From Minisyncoccota bacterium (lineage in GTDB: Bacteria; Patescibacteriota; Minisyncoccia; UBA6257; UBA9933), in NCBI GenBank assembly GCA_041653755.1, contig JBAZEU010000002.1:16707-80706 (forward strand): DNA of 64,000 nt, written 5' to 3'. How positions within the stretch are numbered: the first letter of the stretch is position 1; each line of letters begins with the position of its first letter. Made by a program: the position numbers and the translations under genes. Below are positions 9,700 to 19,417 of this stretch, one piece after another. Below the pieces are notes generated by a model. It was not told the DNA's origin and searched no databases. It saw nothing but the letters and a program-made list of their open reading frames with translations.

Positions 9700-10447
9700 G
9701 AACCCACGAACCGTAAAGCAACTACTCTATTTCTTGTTATACGTAGCTATTTTGGCTGTGATTATTTTTTTGATATATCTTTGGCTTATTCAGCCGAAAT
9801 CGACTTGCTTTGATAACCGTCAGAATCAGAACGAGACCGGCATTGATTGCGGCGGGCCTTGTCAGTCATGCGAAATTAAGACACTTAAACCGTTAACGGC
9901 TCAAAAAATTAATTTTTCTCAAGCGCAGAATAAAGCTATTATCACTTTTGAAATTACTAATTCTAACCAAAATTTCGGCGCTGACAATTTTACTTATACG
10001 ATTGATTTTTATAATAAAGACGGAGCAAAAATCAATTCTTTGAGTAATAATTCGTTTATTTACGCTGCTGAGATAAAAGCAATTTTTGAAGTCGATGAAA
10101 AAGTAAATTTTTCAGAAATCAACAATGCTTCGATCAGTTTTTCTAATGTTCATTGGGTTTCAAAAGAAAATTTCAGCCAGCCGTCAATTGAATTGCAAAA
10201 TCAGAAAATTGTTAATGAAAAACCTTTAAAAATAGAAGGAACCGTTATCAATAAAAATAATTTTGGTATTAACCTTAAATTGATCGGGTTTATCTACGAT
10301 CATTATGGAATTCAAATTAGCGCGTCAAAAACAGAAATTGATAATTTAGGTGCAAAAGGGCAGATAGATTTTCAAATTGTTTTTCCGTCGGACGTTTTAT
10401 TTAACCAGAAAGACAGCAGTCAAGTTTTCATTGAGGCGAAACAATAG
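9698..10447 (+). CDS. Membrane-anchored exported protein with a Cys-rich motif
   Basis: N-terminal TM, CFDNRQNQNETGIDCGGPC motif, then two beta-rich domains. Confidence 0.75.
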   Translation: MNPRTVKQLLYFLLYVAILAVIIFLIYLWLIQPKSTCFDNRQNQNETGIDCGGPCQSCEIKTLKPLTAQKINFSQAQNKAIITFEITNSNQNFGADNFTYTIDFYNKDGAKINSLSNNSFIYAAEIKAIFEVDEKVNFSEINNASISFSNVHWVSKENFSQPSIELQNQKIVNEKPLKIEGTVINKNNFGINLKLIGFIYDHYGIQISASKTEIDNLGAKGQIDFQIVFPSDVLFNQKDSSQVFIEAKQ

Positions 10448-10450
10448 ACA

Positions 10451-12589
10451 ATGAAAGAAGATTTTGATAAGCCATACGATCCAAAAAGCGCTGAAGCAAG
10501 AATTTACCAACTTTGGGAAGAGGGTGGTTTTTTTGACCCTGATAAGTTAAAAACGGATAAAAAGAAAAAGACATATTCTATTCTTCTCCCGCCGCCAAAC
10601 GTTACCGGCTCACTTCATCTTGGGCATGCTTTAAATGCCACCGTTTCCGATATTTTAATCAGATTTAATAGGATGACAGGCAAAAAAACTGTTTGGTTGC
10701 CGGGCATAGATCATGCCGGAATTGCTACTCAAAATGTTGTTGAAAAAGAATTAAGAAAGCAGGGGACAAGCAGATATGAATTAGGAAGAGAAAAATTCAT
10801 CGAAAGGGTTTGGCAGTGGAAAGAACAGTATGGATCAATAATTTTGGACCAGTTCAAACGATTGGGCGCTTCTTGCGATTGGTCTCGTCTGCGATTTACT
10901 TTGGATGAAAAATACGCCGATGAAGTTCTTAAAACATTTGTTCATTATTATGAGAAAGGGCTGATTTATCGCGGTTCTAGGGTGGTTAATTGGTGTCCAA
11001 GATGTCGGACAAGTTTGTCTGATTTGGAGGTACGCCATGAAGAAACCAAAACTAAATTATGGTACATAAAATACCCATTAGCAATTAAGAATGCAGAATT
11101 AAGAATGCAGAATTATATTGTTGTGGCGACGACTAGACCGGAAACAATGCTTGGCGATACTGCGGTAGCGGTTAATCCGTCAGATCCACGCTATAAAAAT
11201 CTAGTCGGACAAAAAGTTATTTTACCTATTCAAAATAAAAAGATTCCTATTATCGCCGATAGAAACGTGGATAAAGATTTTGGTACTGGCGCAGTGAAAG
11301 TTACACCAGCTCATAGTTTCACTGATTTTGAAATTGGAGAAAAAAATGGTTTAGAAATAGTTGAAGTTATTGGTCAAGACGGAAGAATGACAGAATTGGC
11401 AGGCATTAATTTCGCAGGATTAAAAATTGACGAGGCAAGAGAAAAAATAGTTCAAGAATTAGAAAAAGAAGGTTTGCTTGAAAAAATTGAGGACTACAAT
11501 AATTATGTTGGTCATTGCGATCGTTGCAATGCAGTTTTGGAACAGTTGATAAGCCCGCAGTGGTTTTTGAGAATGGATCATTTGAAAGATTTTGCGGTTA
11601 AAATTGTCCGCTCCGGCAAAACGAAAATCATTCCCAAAAATTTCGAAAAAACATATCTTAGTTGGCTTAATAATGTAAGGGACTGGTGCATTTCAAGGCA
11701 GATTTGGTGGGGGCACCGGCTTCCTGTCTATTTTTGCGAACAGAAGACAGAAGAATTCACAGTTTCGTTGGCGAAACCAGATAAATGTCCAATCTGCGGT
11801 AATTGTAAGATGAAGCAGTCAGAAGATGTTTTAGATACTTGGTTTTCGTCAGCACTTTGGCCGTTTGCGGCATTGTCTAAAAAGGACTTGCAGGATTTTT
11901 ATCCGAGCCAGGTTTTAATAACAGCCAGAGACATTATAAATCTTTGGGTAGCCAGAATGATTTTTTCCGGGATGGAGTTTAAGAGTGAAACGCCTTTCGA
12001 AAAAACCTTAATTCACGCCACTATTTTGACTAAGGACGGCAAGAGAATGTCGAAAAGCAAAGGGACTGGCATTGACCCGTTAATATTAATTGATAATTTC
12101 GGCGCTGACGCTTTGCGTTTCGGGATCATTTGGCAGTCGATGGGAAATCAGGATATTCGTTTTGATGAAACCGCTGTGATGGCTGGGAAAAAATTTGCCA
12201 ATAAAATCTGGAACGCTACAAGATTTGTGTTACAAAATGCGGAGTCAAAAGCAGGGGGAAAAGATTCAAAATCAAAACCTAAAACTCCGGCAGATAAAAA
12301 AGTTTTAGACAAGCTTCAGAAAGCCAAAAAATCCGTCGAGAAAGACATAAACAGTTTTAAATTTGGCCAGGCGCTTCATAAAGTATATGATTTTTTCTGG
12401 CATGATTTTTGCGATGTTTATATCGAGAAATCGAAAAAACAATCCGGTGACAAAACATTTATCTTTTTTATTCTTTTAGAATCGCTTAAGCTTATTCATC
12501 CTTTTATGCCGTTTGTTACCGAAGAAATCTATCAAAAAATTAAACCAAAAGGTTCGGCGAAAGCGCTGATGATTGAAAAATGGGATTAA
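10451..12589 (+). CDS. valS: Valine--tRNA ligase (short form)
   Basis: PPPNVTGSLHLGHA, DHAGIATQ, DWCISRQIWWGH, DTWFSS, RMSKS. Confidence 0.97.
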   Translation: MKEDFDKPYDPKSAEARIYQLWEEGGFFDPDKLKTDKKKKTYSILLPPPNVTGSLHLGHALNATVSDILIRFNRMTGKKTVWLPGIDHAGIATQNVVEKELRKQGTSRYELGREKFIERVWQWKEQYGSIILDQFKRLGASCDWSRLRFTLDEKYADEVLKTFVHYYEKGLIYRGSRVVNWCPRCRTSLSDLEVRHEETKTKLWYIKYPLAIKNAELRMQNYIVVATTRPETMLGDTAVAVNPSDPRYKNLVGQKVILPIQNKKIPIIADRNVDKDFGTGAVKVTPAHSFTDFEIGEKNGLEIVEVIGQDGRMTELAGINFAGLKIDEAREKIVQELEKEGLLEKIEDYNNYVGHCDRCNAVLEQLISPQWFLRMDHLKDFAVKIVRSGKTKIIPKNFEKTYLSWLNNVRDWCISRQIWWGHRLPVYFCEQKTEEFTVSLAKPDKCPICGNCKMKQSEDVLDTWFSSALWPFAALSKKDLQDFYPSQVLITARDIINLWVARMIFSGMEFKSETPFEKTLIHATILTKDGKRMSKSKGTGIDPLILIDNFGADALRFGIIWQSMGNQDIRFDETAVMAGKKFANKIWNATRFVLQNAESKAGGKDSKSKPKTPADKKVLDKLQKAKKSVEKDINSFKFGQALHKVYDFFWHDFCDVYIEKSKKQSGDKTFIFFILLESLKLIHPFMPFVTEEIYQKIKPKGSAKALMIEKWD

Positions 12590-13278
12590 TTATTTTTGCC
12601 TTAGTTTTAGGGTTGATTCCAAGCTTTGCCTGGCTCCTTTTCTTCTTAAAAGAGGATGTCCATCCCGAACCAAAGAAATTAATTGCTTCAACCTTTATCT
12701 TTGGGCTTATTGCTGCCTTGTTTGCTTTGTTTATTGAATATACTCTGGCAAAAAGCGTGAAAATTTTACAGATAGAGAATTATGGCGTTATATCTCTTTT
12801 GATAATGGCGGGCATAGAAGAGATTATCAAATTTATTTTCGTGTTTCTTTTGGTCAAAAGCAGTTTGTGTAATGAGTGCGAGGAGCCGATTGATATAATG
12901 GTTTATATGATAACTGCCGCTTTGGGCTTTGCCGCTTTTGAGAATTTAGCCGTAACCCTGAATATCGTCGCTTCACCTTTTAATGATTTAATTCTTAACC
13001 AGATGACGGGGACAATTATTTTCCGTTTTATCGGCGCTACTCTTCTTCACGCTTTAGCTTCTGGCGTCATAGGATATTGGTGGGCAACCGGAGTATTGCG
13101 TTACAGGCCTAAGATTTTTATTATTAACGGTTTGATTATCGCTGTCCTCTTGCATACATTTTTTAACTATCTTATACTTTCTTTTAAAGACACTATTGTT
13201 TACCCGACTATTTTTTTAAGCATTATTGCTTTTTTTACTTTTCTAAACTTTGATCAATTAAGAAAGAAAAATCCATGA
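12580..13278 (+). CDS. PrsW family intramembrane glutamic protease
   Basis: EEIIK, ALGFAAFEN, HALAS and HTFFN motifs. Confidence 0.9.
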   Translation: MGLIIFALVLGLIPSFAWLLFFLKEDVHPEPKKLIASTFIFGLIAALFALFIEYTLAKSVKILQIENYGVISLLIMAGIEEIIKFIFVFLLVKSSLCNECEEPIDIMVYMITAALGFAAFENLAVTLNIVASPFNDLILNQMTGTIIFRFIGATLLHALASGVIGYWWATGVLRYRPKIFIINGLIIAVLLHTFFNYLILSFKDTIVYPTIFLSIIAFFTFLNFDQLRKKNP

Positions 13279-13808
13279 GTGATAACGACCAAAAAGATTT
13301 TTTTGCCAAATTATTGGGCATAGAAGAAGCCGCCGAAAAGGGCCAGGTGGCTGATCGAAAAACCAGAGGAAGAAACAGGATAAAGCCCGAAGCGGAAAAA
13401 TCGTCAATCGACCAGCCGAAAATGATCATTGAAAAAGGTTCCGAAGAAACGATTGAACCGGATATTTTTGACGAATCAGAGGGACAATTGACTATAGATG
13501 TTTATCAAACGCCAACTTCTATTATCGTTGAATCAGCTTTGGCAGGAGTAAATGCTGAAGAATTAGATATCGCTATCACGGCTGAATCGGTTTCTATTAG
13601 AGGGAAAAGAGAGAAGATAGAAAAAGTTGAAGAAAAAGACTATTTATATCAAGAATGCTATTGGGGAAGATTTTCGCGTTCAATTATCCTGCCACAGGAA
13701 ATTGATCCGGACAGAGCGCAGGCATCTTTGAAAAATGGTGTTCTAAAAATTGTTTTGCCTAAGCTCAATAAACAAAAAACCAAAAAACTCAAAGTGAAAT
13801 TCGACTAA
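13275..13808 (+). CDS. Hsp20/alpha-crystallin small heat-shock protein
   Basis: IDVYQT…ECYWGRFSRSIILP…ASLKNGVLKIVLPK. Confidence 0.92.
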   Translation: MSDNDQKDFFAKLLGIEEAAEKGQVADRKTRGRNRIKPEAEKSSIDQPKMIIEKGSEETIEPDIFDESEGQLTIDVYQTPTSIIVESALAGVNAEELDIAITAESVSIRGKREKIEKVEEKDYLYQECYWGRFSRSIILPQEIDPDRAQASLKNGVLKIVLPKLNKQKTKKLKVKFD

Positions 13809-13843
13809 AAAATCCCCCCGATGTTTATCGGGGGGATTTTTTT
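13807..13843. terminator. Bidirectional intrinsic terminator
   Basis: aaaaaatccccccgat-gttt-atcggggggattttttt. Confidence 0.85.
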
Positions 13844-14360
13844 ATGCCCAGACGGTTGTTTCTTTTGATTTTACTTTTATTCTTTTTGTTTTAAAGACAG
13901 TACTTACTAATTCTTCTGGTTCAAACCACACTTTTATTTCTCGTTCCGCGCCTTCTCTAGAATCAGAAGCGTGGATTACGGTTTCAAAGACTCCTGTTTT
14001 GGTGTTTATTCTTCCGTAGCGTCCGCTTATCGTGTTTGGTTTGGCTTCTTCAGGATTGGTTGCGCCTCGTATTTTTCTGATTTTATCGATAGCATTTTTC
14101 CCTTGGTAGACCAAAGCCAATGCTCTGTCGTTAGAATGAAATTCTCCCATCAAGTATTTTATAGTTATTTCATAGATGTGGGGTTTTCTGATATGAAGAT
14201 CGTGATAATGTCTTTTGGCTAATTCACGGTCAATTTTTAAAATTTTCGCGCCGACAATTTTTAGCCGCGCTTCCGAAAGCGCGGTCAAAATATTGCCGGT
14301 TAAGCTTTTCGCAATCGCATCCGGCTTTATAATAATTAATGTTTGCTGTTCTTTTTCCAT
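13842..14360 (-). CDS. ndk: Nucleoside diphosphate kinase
   Basis: TLIIIKPDA, GATNPEEAKPNTI, VIHASDS. Start trimmed to ATG 14360 because the longer ORF overlaps a tRNA. Confidence 0.93.
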   Translation of the reverse strand: MEKEQQTLIIIKPDAIAKSLTGNILTALSEARLKIVGAKILKIDRELAKRHYHDLHIRKPHIYEITIKYLMGEFHSNDRALALVYQGKNAIDKIRKIRGATNPEEAKPNTISGRYGRINTKTGVFETVIHASDSREGAEREIKVWFEPEELVSTVFKTKRIKVKSKETTVWA

Positions 14361-14368
14361 AATATTTG

Positions 14369-14440
14369 TGCCCTCGAGAGGAATCGAACCCCTATTTGAA
14401 ACTCCGCAAGCTCCCGTCCTATCCATTGAACGACGAGGGC
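14369..14440 (-). tRNA. tRNA-Arg(GCG)
   Basis: Cloverleaf; anticodon loop TTGCGGA. Confidence 0.88.
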
Positions 14441-14444
14441 AACC

Positions 14445-14936
14445 CTAAAACCTTAATAACCTTGAAATAGAATCCATTAATCCTAACGGATATTGGTTTT
14501 CCGGTAAAATGCGGGAAACTATTTTTCTGATTTCCTCTTCTTTGTCTTTTGGAAAATAAACCTCTAAAAATGGGCTTAGAGCAGTTTTTTTCTTTAAAAC
14601 CAGCTCTTTAAAATTTCCCGAAGAATCTCTTATCCCGAAATCGACAAAATCGTTAGAAAAATTAAACTTTTTTTCGACCTGCCCTTTCTTTAAAAGAATT
14701 TCTGCTTCAGTCATTTCGACTCTCCATTCGCTAGGTTTTTTTGATCCCCATGAAATTATTATTAATTCTCCGATAACGACAAAAACCGCGAACAAAAAAT
14801 TATTTTGCCAAAGAGCCAAAAAAATCAATCCTAAAGCGATAAGAATAGTTACCCAATACCAACCTGCTGATTTCGGTTGATATTCAAAGTCGGGCGCTTT
14901 AAAAATAATTTCGCTTTTTGATTTATTTACTGGCAT
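14445..14936 (-). CDS. Conserved hypothetical membrane protein (2 TM plus PH-like domain)
   Basis: APDFEYQPKSAGWYW, two TM helices, then a soluble beta domain. Confidence 0.7.
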   Translation of the reverse strand: MPVNKSKSEIIFKAPDFEYQPKSAGWYWVTILIALGLIFLALWQNNFLFAVFVVIGELIIISWGSKKPSEWRVEMTEAEILLKKGQVEKKFNFSNDFVDFGIRDSSGNFKELVLKKKTALSPFLEVYFPKDKEEEIRKIVSRILPENQYPLGLMDSISRLLRF

Positions 14937-14955
14937 AAAAATTGATTAGCTTCAA

Positions 14956-15372
14956 TTACCACCCTGACTTACAGTTATCATCAACTACTTTTTGTAAGCC
15001 CTTATCGTTGCCAAAAGTTTGATCAATGGTATCCCAATTCATGGTTCCTTTCGGAAAATAGCAATTAAGGTCTATAATGTCGTTTATTTTCCTCTGAAAA
15101 TGGCATTTTTCATTTTCTACTCCTAGAATCGTCAGCTCAATCTTTGTCGTGTTGTCCGATCCCGTCATTGCGACAGTCACGGGTAAACATCCGTTCATTC
15201 TACTTACGAAACACCCAGGATCTTCCGCTTGACCGCAATCAACCATTCCATTCTCGGTCGTAGTCCCTTGAGTTGCTTCTTTCGCATTTTTATTAATCAG
15301 AAAGAATATTCCGACACCGATAACAATTAAAGCTAAGATAATAATGATAAATAAACTTTTTTTATTTTTCAT
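14956..15372 (-). CDS. Hypothetical exported Cys-rich protein
   Basis: Signal/TM segment followed by six cysteines. Confidence 0.7.
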   Translation of the reverse strand: MKNKKSLFIIIILALIVIGVGIFFLINKNAKEATQGTTTENGMVDCGQAEDPGCFVSRMNGCLPVTVAMTGSDNTTKIELTILGVENEKCHFQRKINDIIDLNCYFPKGTMNWDTIDQTFGNDKGLQKVVDDNCKSGW

Positions 15373-15428
15373 ATCTTTTACATTAATTTGATTACATTAT
15401 CGACCTTTAAATTGTGTTGGTTCCCAGC

Positions 15429-15515
15429 TGGCGGAACATCGTGAAGGATGTTGGAAAGATACTTCAGCGACAAACCGAGTATATTTACATCCCCAATTTA
15501 AGTCCTCAAATTTAA
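15429..15515 (+). pseudogene. Detached alternative C-terminus of the serine recombinase (attP-form tail)
   Basis: From the att core it reads WRNIVKDVGKILQRQTEYIYIPNLSPQI*, in the same frame as recombinase W540-R541. Confidence 0.7.
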
Positions 15516-15560
15516 CTTTACTATATCAGATTTTACCCTACCCTGCCACTCACTATTGTT

Positions 15561-16157
15561 TTAAAACGCACTAAATAGCGTTTTTATTCCTAACAAAACT
15601 AAGATAGTGGCCAAAACCTTAAATGTAGTTTCAATAAGGTTTTTTCTTTGTAACAGAGGTCTGAATTGATAAAAAATAAAAGCTAAAGCAAACGTCATTA
15701 TTAGCCAGGCTAATTCAAAAACGGCCAAGAAAATGAATTTTCCGCCAGGAATAGAATTGTTTAATGCTAATGCCTTCGGAACACCAATCGTGATCCAAAA
15801 AATCCAATAGCCGCTATTAAAAGCGGTAAGTAAAATTATTTTGGGAAAGGTTAAAATCTTCTTAGCTTCAGTGTTTATTTCCTTTATTTTCCATACCTGT
15901 GAGCCCAACCAAAACAGAACAAGTGCTCCGCAAACCGAAATAATTTGTATTGCTAATTGATTCAAGCCGATCGCATAAAAAATGAGGAAAACCAGCAAAG
16001 CTCCAATTGTTTCGGCAATTAAAGCGTAGAAGATTACCCGAATTCCTTTTAAGAAACCAAGATTAAGTATCTCTGTAAAAGTTCCAGTCAAAATTGGGCC
16101 TGGGACAGCTCCTCCAACTAATCCCAATAAAAATGCTTCCACGAGTGAAGTGATCAT
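15561..16157 (-). CDS. LysE family exporter
   Basis: GAVPGPI N-terminal motif, about 6 TM, N..YWIFWIT motif. Confidence 0.85.
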   Translation of the reverse strand: MITSLVEAFLLGLVGGAVPGPILTGTFTEILNLGFLKGIRVIFYALIAETIGALLVFLIFYAIGLNQLAIQIISVCGALVLFWLGSQVWKIKEINTEAKKILTFPKIILLTAFNSGYWIFWITIGVPKALALNNSIPGGKFIFLAVFELAWLIMTFALAFIFYQFRPLLQRKNLIETTFKVLATILVLLGIKTLFSAF

Positions 16158-16160
16158 AAT

Positions 16161-16487
16161 TTAAAATTCTTCTAATGGATAAATATCAAAAGCCACCTCT
16201 TCGTAAGGATGCACCTTCTTTATTGTCGCAATAACATCTTTTGCAAGGCTGCGTTCACATACAAATTCTATTCGTTCTTCCTGAACCGATTCCAGCTTTC
16301 CAACCTGACCAATAGCTGGATGTGCACCACTTTCAGGTTTGAATCTCCCAATACCCTTAGAGGAAAAGCTACAATAAGTGTAATTTCCGATTTTTCCTGC
16401 GCCAGTCTTACCTATAGCTTCTCTAACTATATCCGTATGAGTTTCGGGAACAAATACAACGATTTTAATGTTTTTTGATTCACTCAT
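16161..16487 (-). CDS. Nif3-insert/YqfO-like (PII-like) protein
   Basis: KIVVFVP…GAGKIGNYTYCSF…HPYEEVAFDIYPL. Confidence 0.88.
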   Translation of the reverse strand: MSESKNIKIVVFVPETHTDIVREAIGKTGAGKIGNYTYCSFSSKGIGRFKPESGAHPAIGQVGKLESVQEERIEFVCERSLAKDVIATIKKVHPYEEVAFDIYPLEEF

Positions 16488-16489
16488 AT

Positions 16490-16852
16490 TTATTCAAATT
16501 CTTCAATGTTTTTTATTGATATAACTACGGCAGCTTTTGGAGTGTAGTTTTTGTTTGTTTCCAAGCCCTTCACATAATCAAAATATTCGCCTGAGGAAAG
16601 ATATTCTGCTTCGCCAGTTATCTTAATTCCGTAGTGATAATCCTCCTCGTAGGCTAACACGAAAACTTTTTTATTGGCCAATATATTCTTCTCAGAGATA
16701 CCCATTTGATTAGAAGTAATGATAAGTTGATCCTTCTCTGCCTTATTAGCCTCGACGATAATAGCGCGAGGCTGGCAATCTTTATCCGTCGTAGCCAAAA
16801 TTACGAGATTTCTTCGACCTAATAGTTCTAATTGTTTTTGATTTAATTCCAT
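16490..16852 (-). CDS. Pyridoxamine 5'-phosphate oxidase-like FMN-binding split-barrel protein
   Basis: VILATTDKDCQPR…NILANKKV…GIKITGEAEY…PKAAVVI. Confidence 0.8.
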   Translation of the reverse strand: MELNQKQLELLGRRNLVILATTDKDCQPRAIIVEANKAEKDQLIITSNQMGISEKNILANKKVFVLAYEEDYHYGIKITGEAEYLSSGEYFDYVKGLETNKNYTPKAAVVISIKNIEEFE

Positions 16853-16865
16853 ATTATTAAGTTAA

Positions 16866-17834
16866 TTATAATCTTATTTCTTTTTCTAACCAATCTATTT
16901 TCTCATGCCTGCGCCGCCAGAATATGTCCTCCCAGATATAGTGAACTGCCAGCATCGAATAGCGACCATATTGCTTAAGAATATCCTTACGGATTGTGTT
17001 GGTTGAAACGAGTTTTTTATTATAGAAAAGCATTGAATAAATCTTCTGCTGCCAGGGAGCAATATGATCAAAAACATCGTAATGATGCAAGGCCTCAAAA
17101 AGCAATATACGTGAACTTTCAGGGCCGATTCCGTAAAGTTTAATCAGTTCATTTTTGGCATTCTCTTTATCAAGTGTCCGCAGTTGCATCTCATCCACCT
17201 TCTCTGCCGCAAAATCTTCAGAAAGACGTTTAATAAACTTCGCCCGATATCCAATCCTAAGATCGCGCAATTCCTGCTCGGTGACATCGGCCAAATCCTT
17301 GGGTAGCCAGATGGCATAAAAAGTCTTCTTATCAAACTCAACCTTAGTGCCGTATTTACTGAGCAATGCGTCTAACATTTGCTGACTACGTCGTACAGTC
17401 GCATTTTGTAAAACTACTGCGATTATAAGGAGTTCGTAGAGTGTGAACTGGCTCAGATTACGCATACCCATCCATTTCTTAAATATGGGATAGAATCGTT
17501 TATCCTTTTTAGCTAAAGCATTGAATTCTCCAAAATCTCTATCCAGCTCAAATCGCCAACTTATCTCTTTTTTAATAATCTCAAGTTCATCTTTCCCTAT
17601 ATTTCCCTTATAAAAAATTGATACTAAAAGCTCGGGCTTGGTTGCAGTGCCGCCATTTTTAATCTTCAATCCGAATAAATGCTTGCCAATCCGCAATGAT
17701 TGCCAATATACTCCTGGCTCCCAATCTTCCAATTTAAGATTATTAGGAAAATGTGATGGTTTGTGAAAAGTACCATCAAAATTAAATGGTGGCTTGGGAG
17801 AGAGAATAAAGTTTTTTGTAAGATTCAGTTTCAT
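16866..17834 (-). CDS. HhH-GPD DNA glycosylase (AlkA/OGG1-like)
   Basis: LRIGYRAKFI and HhH motif LIKLYGIGPESS; start trimmed to MKLNL. Confidence 0.85.
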   Translation of the reverse strand: MKLNLTKNFILSPKPPFNFDGTFHKPSHFPNNLKLEDWEPGVYWQSLRIGKHLFGLKIKNGGTATKPELLVSIFYKGNIGKDELEIIKKEISWRFELDRDFGEFNALAKKDKRFYPIFKKWMGMRNLSQFTLYELLIIAVVLQNATVRRSQQMLDALLSKYGTKVEFDKKTFYAIWLPKDLADVTEQELRDLRIGYRAKFIKRLSEDFAAEKVDEMQLRTLDKENAKNELIKLYGIGPESSRILLFEALHHYDVFDHIAPWQQKIYSMLFYNKKLVSTNTIRKDILKQYGRYSMLAVHYIWEDIFWRRRHEKIDWLEKEIRL

Positions 17835-17836
17835 AC

Positions 17837-18673
17837 CTATTGAATAAACCCGCCATGCACAAAACAACGATAAATTATTTTACCCTTAAGCAAAATCTCC
17901 TCTATACCTGAAAATCTTGATAGGTCGCCGTCTACAGAAAACTTATACTCCCAATCTCCATCAACGAATTCGTTTGGGCCTCTAACGGGAACAGGGCTAT
18001 CATATTCTTGCATCAAGGCTTTTCTAAGAAAATTATAGACTTCTTTTTCTCCAATTTTTTCAGAAAGGATAAAGCCATAATAATTCGCGCCCCATGCTGG
18101 CTTTTCGTCCTGGTAGACAATCTCCTCACCGATAAAGTCTCGGCCACCAAAGTAAGTGTCGTGATAAATTAAGCCATCTTTTTCAAAATGATAATCCTCG
18201 GATTTCGGTCGACTTGATTCAACCTTTGGCGCATTCTTGTTTGCATATGTGCTCTTATTTGCTTCATTAAGAAAATGAGCAAGAACATCTTTCGGCAAGT
18301 CCTGATAATTTGGCAACTGATATTCTGGAATACCCAAAGTCAAACCATACTTTCTAACCTCGTCATATTGGGCTTTGTTATTACGATCGACATGAAAAAC
18401 CTTGTTTCTAAAAATAATGTAATGCTTCTTGTCATTCCTAAAATCTGCATACCAAGAGCTCACATGACTCATATCGATTACTTTGCTCAATTCTTGCGCT
18501 ATATCCTCGGCTTCAGATTCGGGAATCTCGACCCGATGCAAAGTCCATTGCTTTAGCCAGGGAGTTTGATGTTCGTCGATGACAGCCTCAACATTAGTCT
18601 TCAAAATCTTGAGTCGCTTGATGACCTTTGTATTATCCAAACTTTCTTCAATTATTGTGCCTTTGTAATTCAT
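17837..18673 (-). CDS. Two-domain protein: unknown N-terminal domain fused to a DUF5680-like domain
   Basis: C-half YHDTYFGGRDFIGEEIVY…WGANYYG…FLRKAL…PVRGP…F.G.E.I…HGGFI. Confidence 0.75.
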   Translation of the reverse strand: MNYKGTIIEESLDNTKVIKRLKILKTNVEAVIDEHQTPWLKQWTLHRVEIPESEAEDIAQELSKVIDMSHVSSWYADFRNDKKHYIIFRNKVFHVDRNNKAQYDEVRKYGLTLGIPEYQLPNYQDLPKDVLAHFLNEANKSTYANKNAPKVESSRPKSEDYHFEKDGLIYHDTYFGGRDFIGEEIVYQDEKPAWGANYYGFILSEKIGEKEVYNFLRKALMQEYDSPVPVRGPNEFVDGDWEYKFSVDGDLSRFSGIEEILLKGKIIYRCFVHGGFIQ

Positions 18674-19413
18674 TTGAAATATATATTTAAAAATTTCCCA
18701 AGCTCTGCGTTTACTTCCTCAATACTATCAGGAGAATAACGATAGTCATGAGTACTATGCAACTCTTTTATAATCTTGGGTTCGGGAGTATCCTCAAATA
18801 ACTTCCTGACGGTTTCGACTGGTGTAAATTCATCCTGATCGCCATAAATCAAAAGCTTCGATTTCTTACAATTTTTCAAGATTTCTCCCGCATTATATTG
18901 CTCGCCATCTTTCCAATAGGCGATCGGCAATTTGAATTCTTTCTGTTCCTTAGTTTCAGAAGTTCCTGGTGGCAAGTCTCTGTATGATAACTTGTAGCCT
19001 TTATTCATGGCTTCTTTGCCTGGCGCTGTGGGTTCTCCAAAGTTCGCCATGATTGGTACAATGCAGACTACGGCCGAATTCTCACTTGCGAATATCGATA
19101 CAGCAGCTCCTCGACTATGACCCAAAAGCAGAGTCGGTTTATTACCAAAATATTCAATCAGTTCGTTGACTGCTTTTATATAATTTGTGGTCGTATATAA
19201 ATCAATAGCCCCTGGACTTTCCCATGTCCCAGGTGGATCAAAGGCCACTGCATAAAAACCTTGCTTTGCGAGATAATCTGCATGGCTTGAAAAACAAGCG
19301 TAATCTTTAGTATCCAAACGGCCAGGCAAAATCAATGCTAATTTTTTAGCATTCTGATCGCCTCGCGTAAGCACCGCTAATTCAAATGATTTTGTTTTGA
19401 TAAGTTTATCCAT
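18670..19413 (-). CDS. Alpha/beta hydrolase
   Basis: GHSRG nucleophile elbow, GDQDEF acid, C-terminal His; start trimmed to MDKLIK. Confidence 0.85.
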   Translation of the reverse strand: MDKLIKTKSFELAVLTRGDQNAKKLALILPGRLDTKDYACFSSHADYLAKQGFYAVAFDPPGTWESPGAIDLYTTTNYIKAVNELIEYFGNKPTLLLGHSRGAAVSIFASENSAVVCIVPIMANFGEPTAPGKEAMNKGYKLSYRDLPPGTSETKEQKEFKLPIAYWKDGEQYNAGEILKNCKKSKLLIYGDQDEFTPVETVRKLFEDTPEPKIIKELHSTHDYRYSPDSIEEVNAELGKFLNIYFK

Positions 19414-19417
19414 ATTA

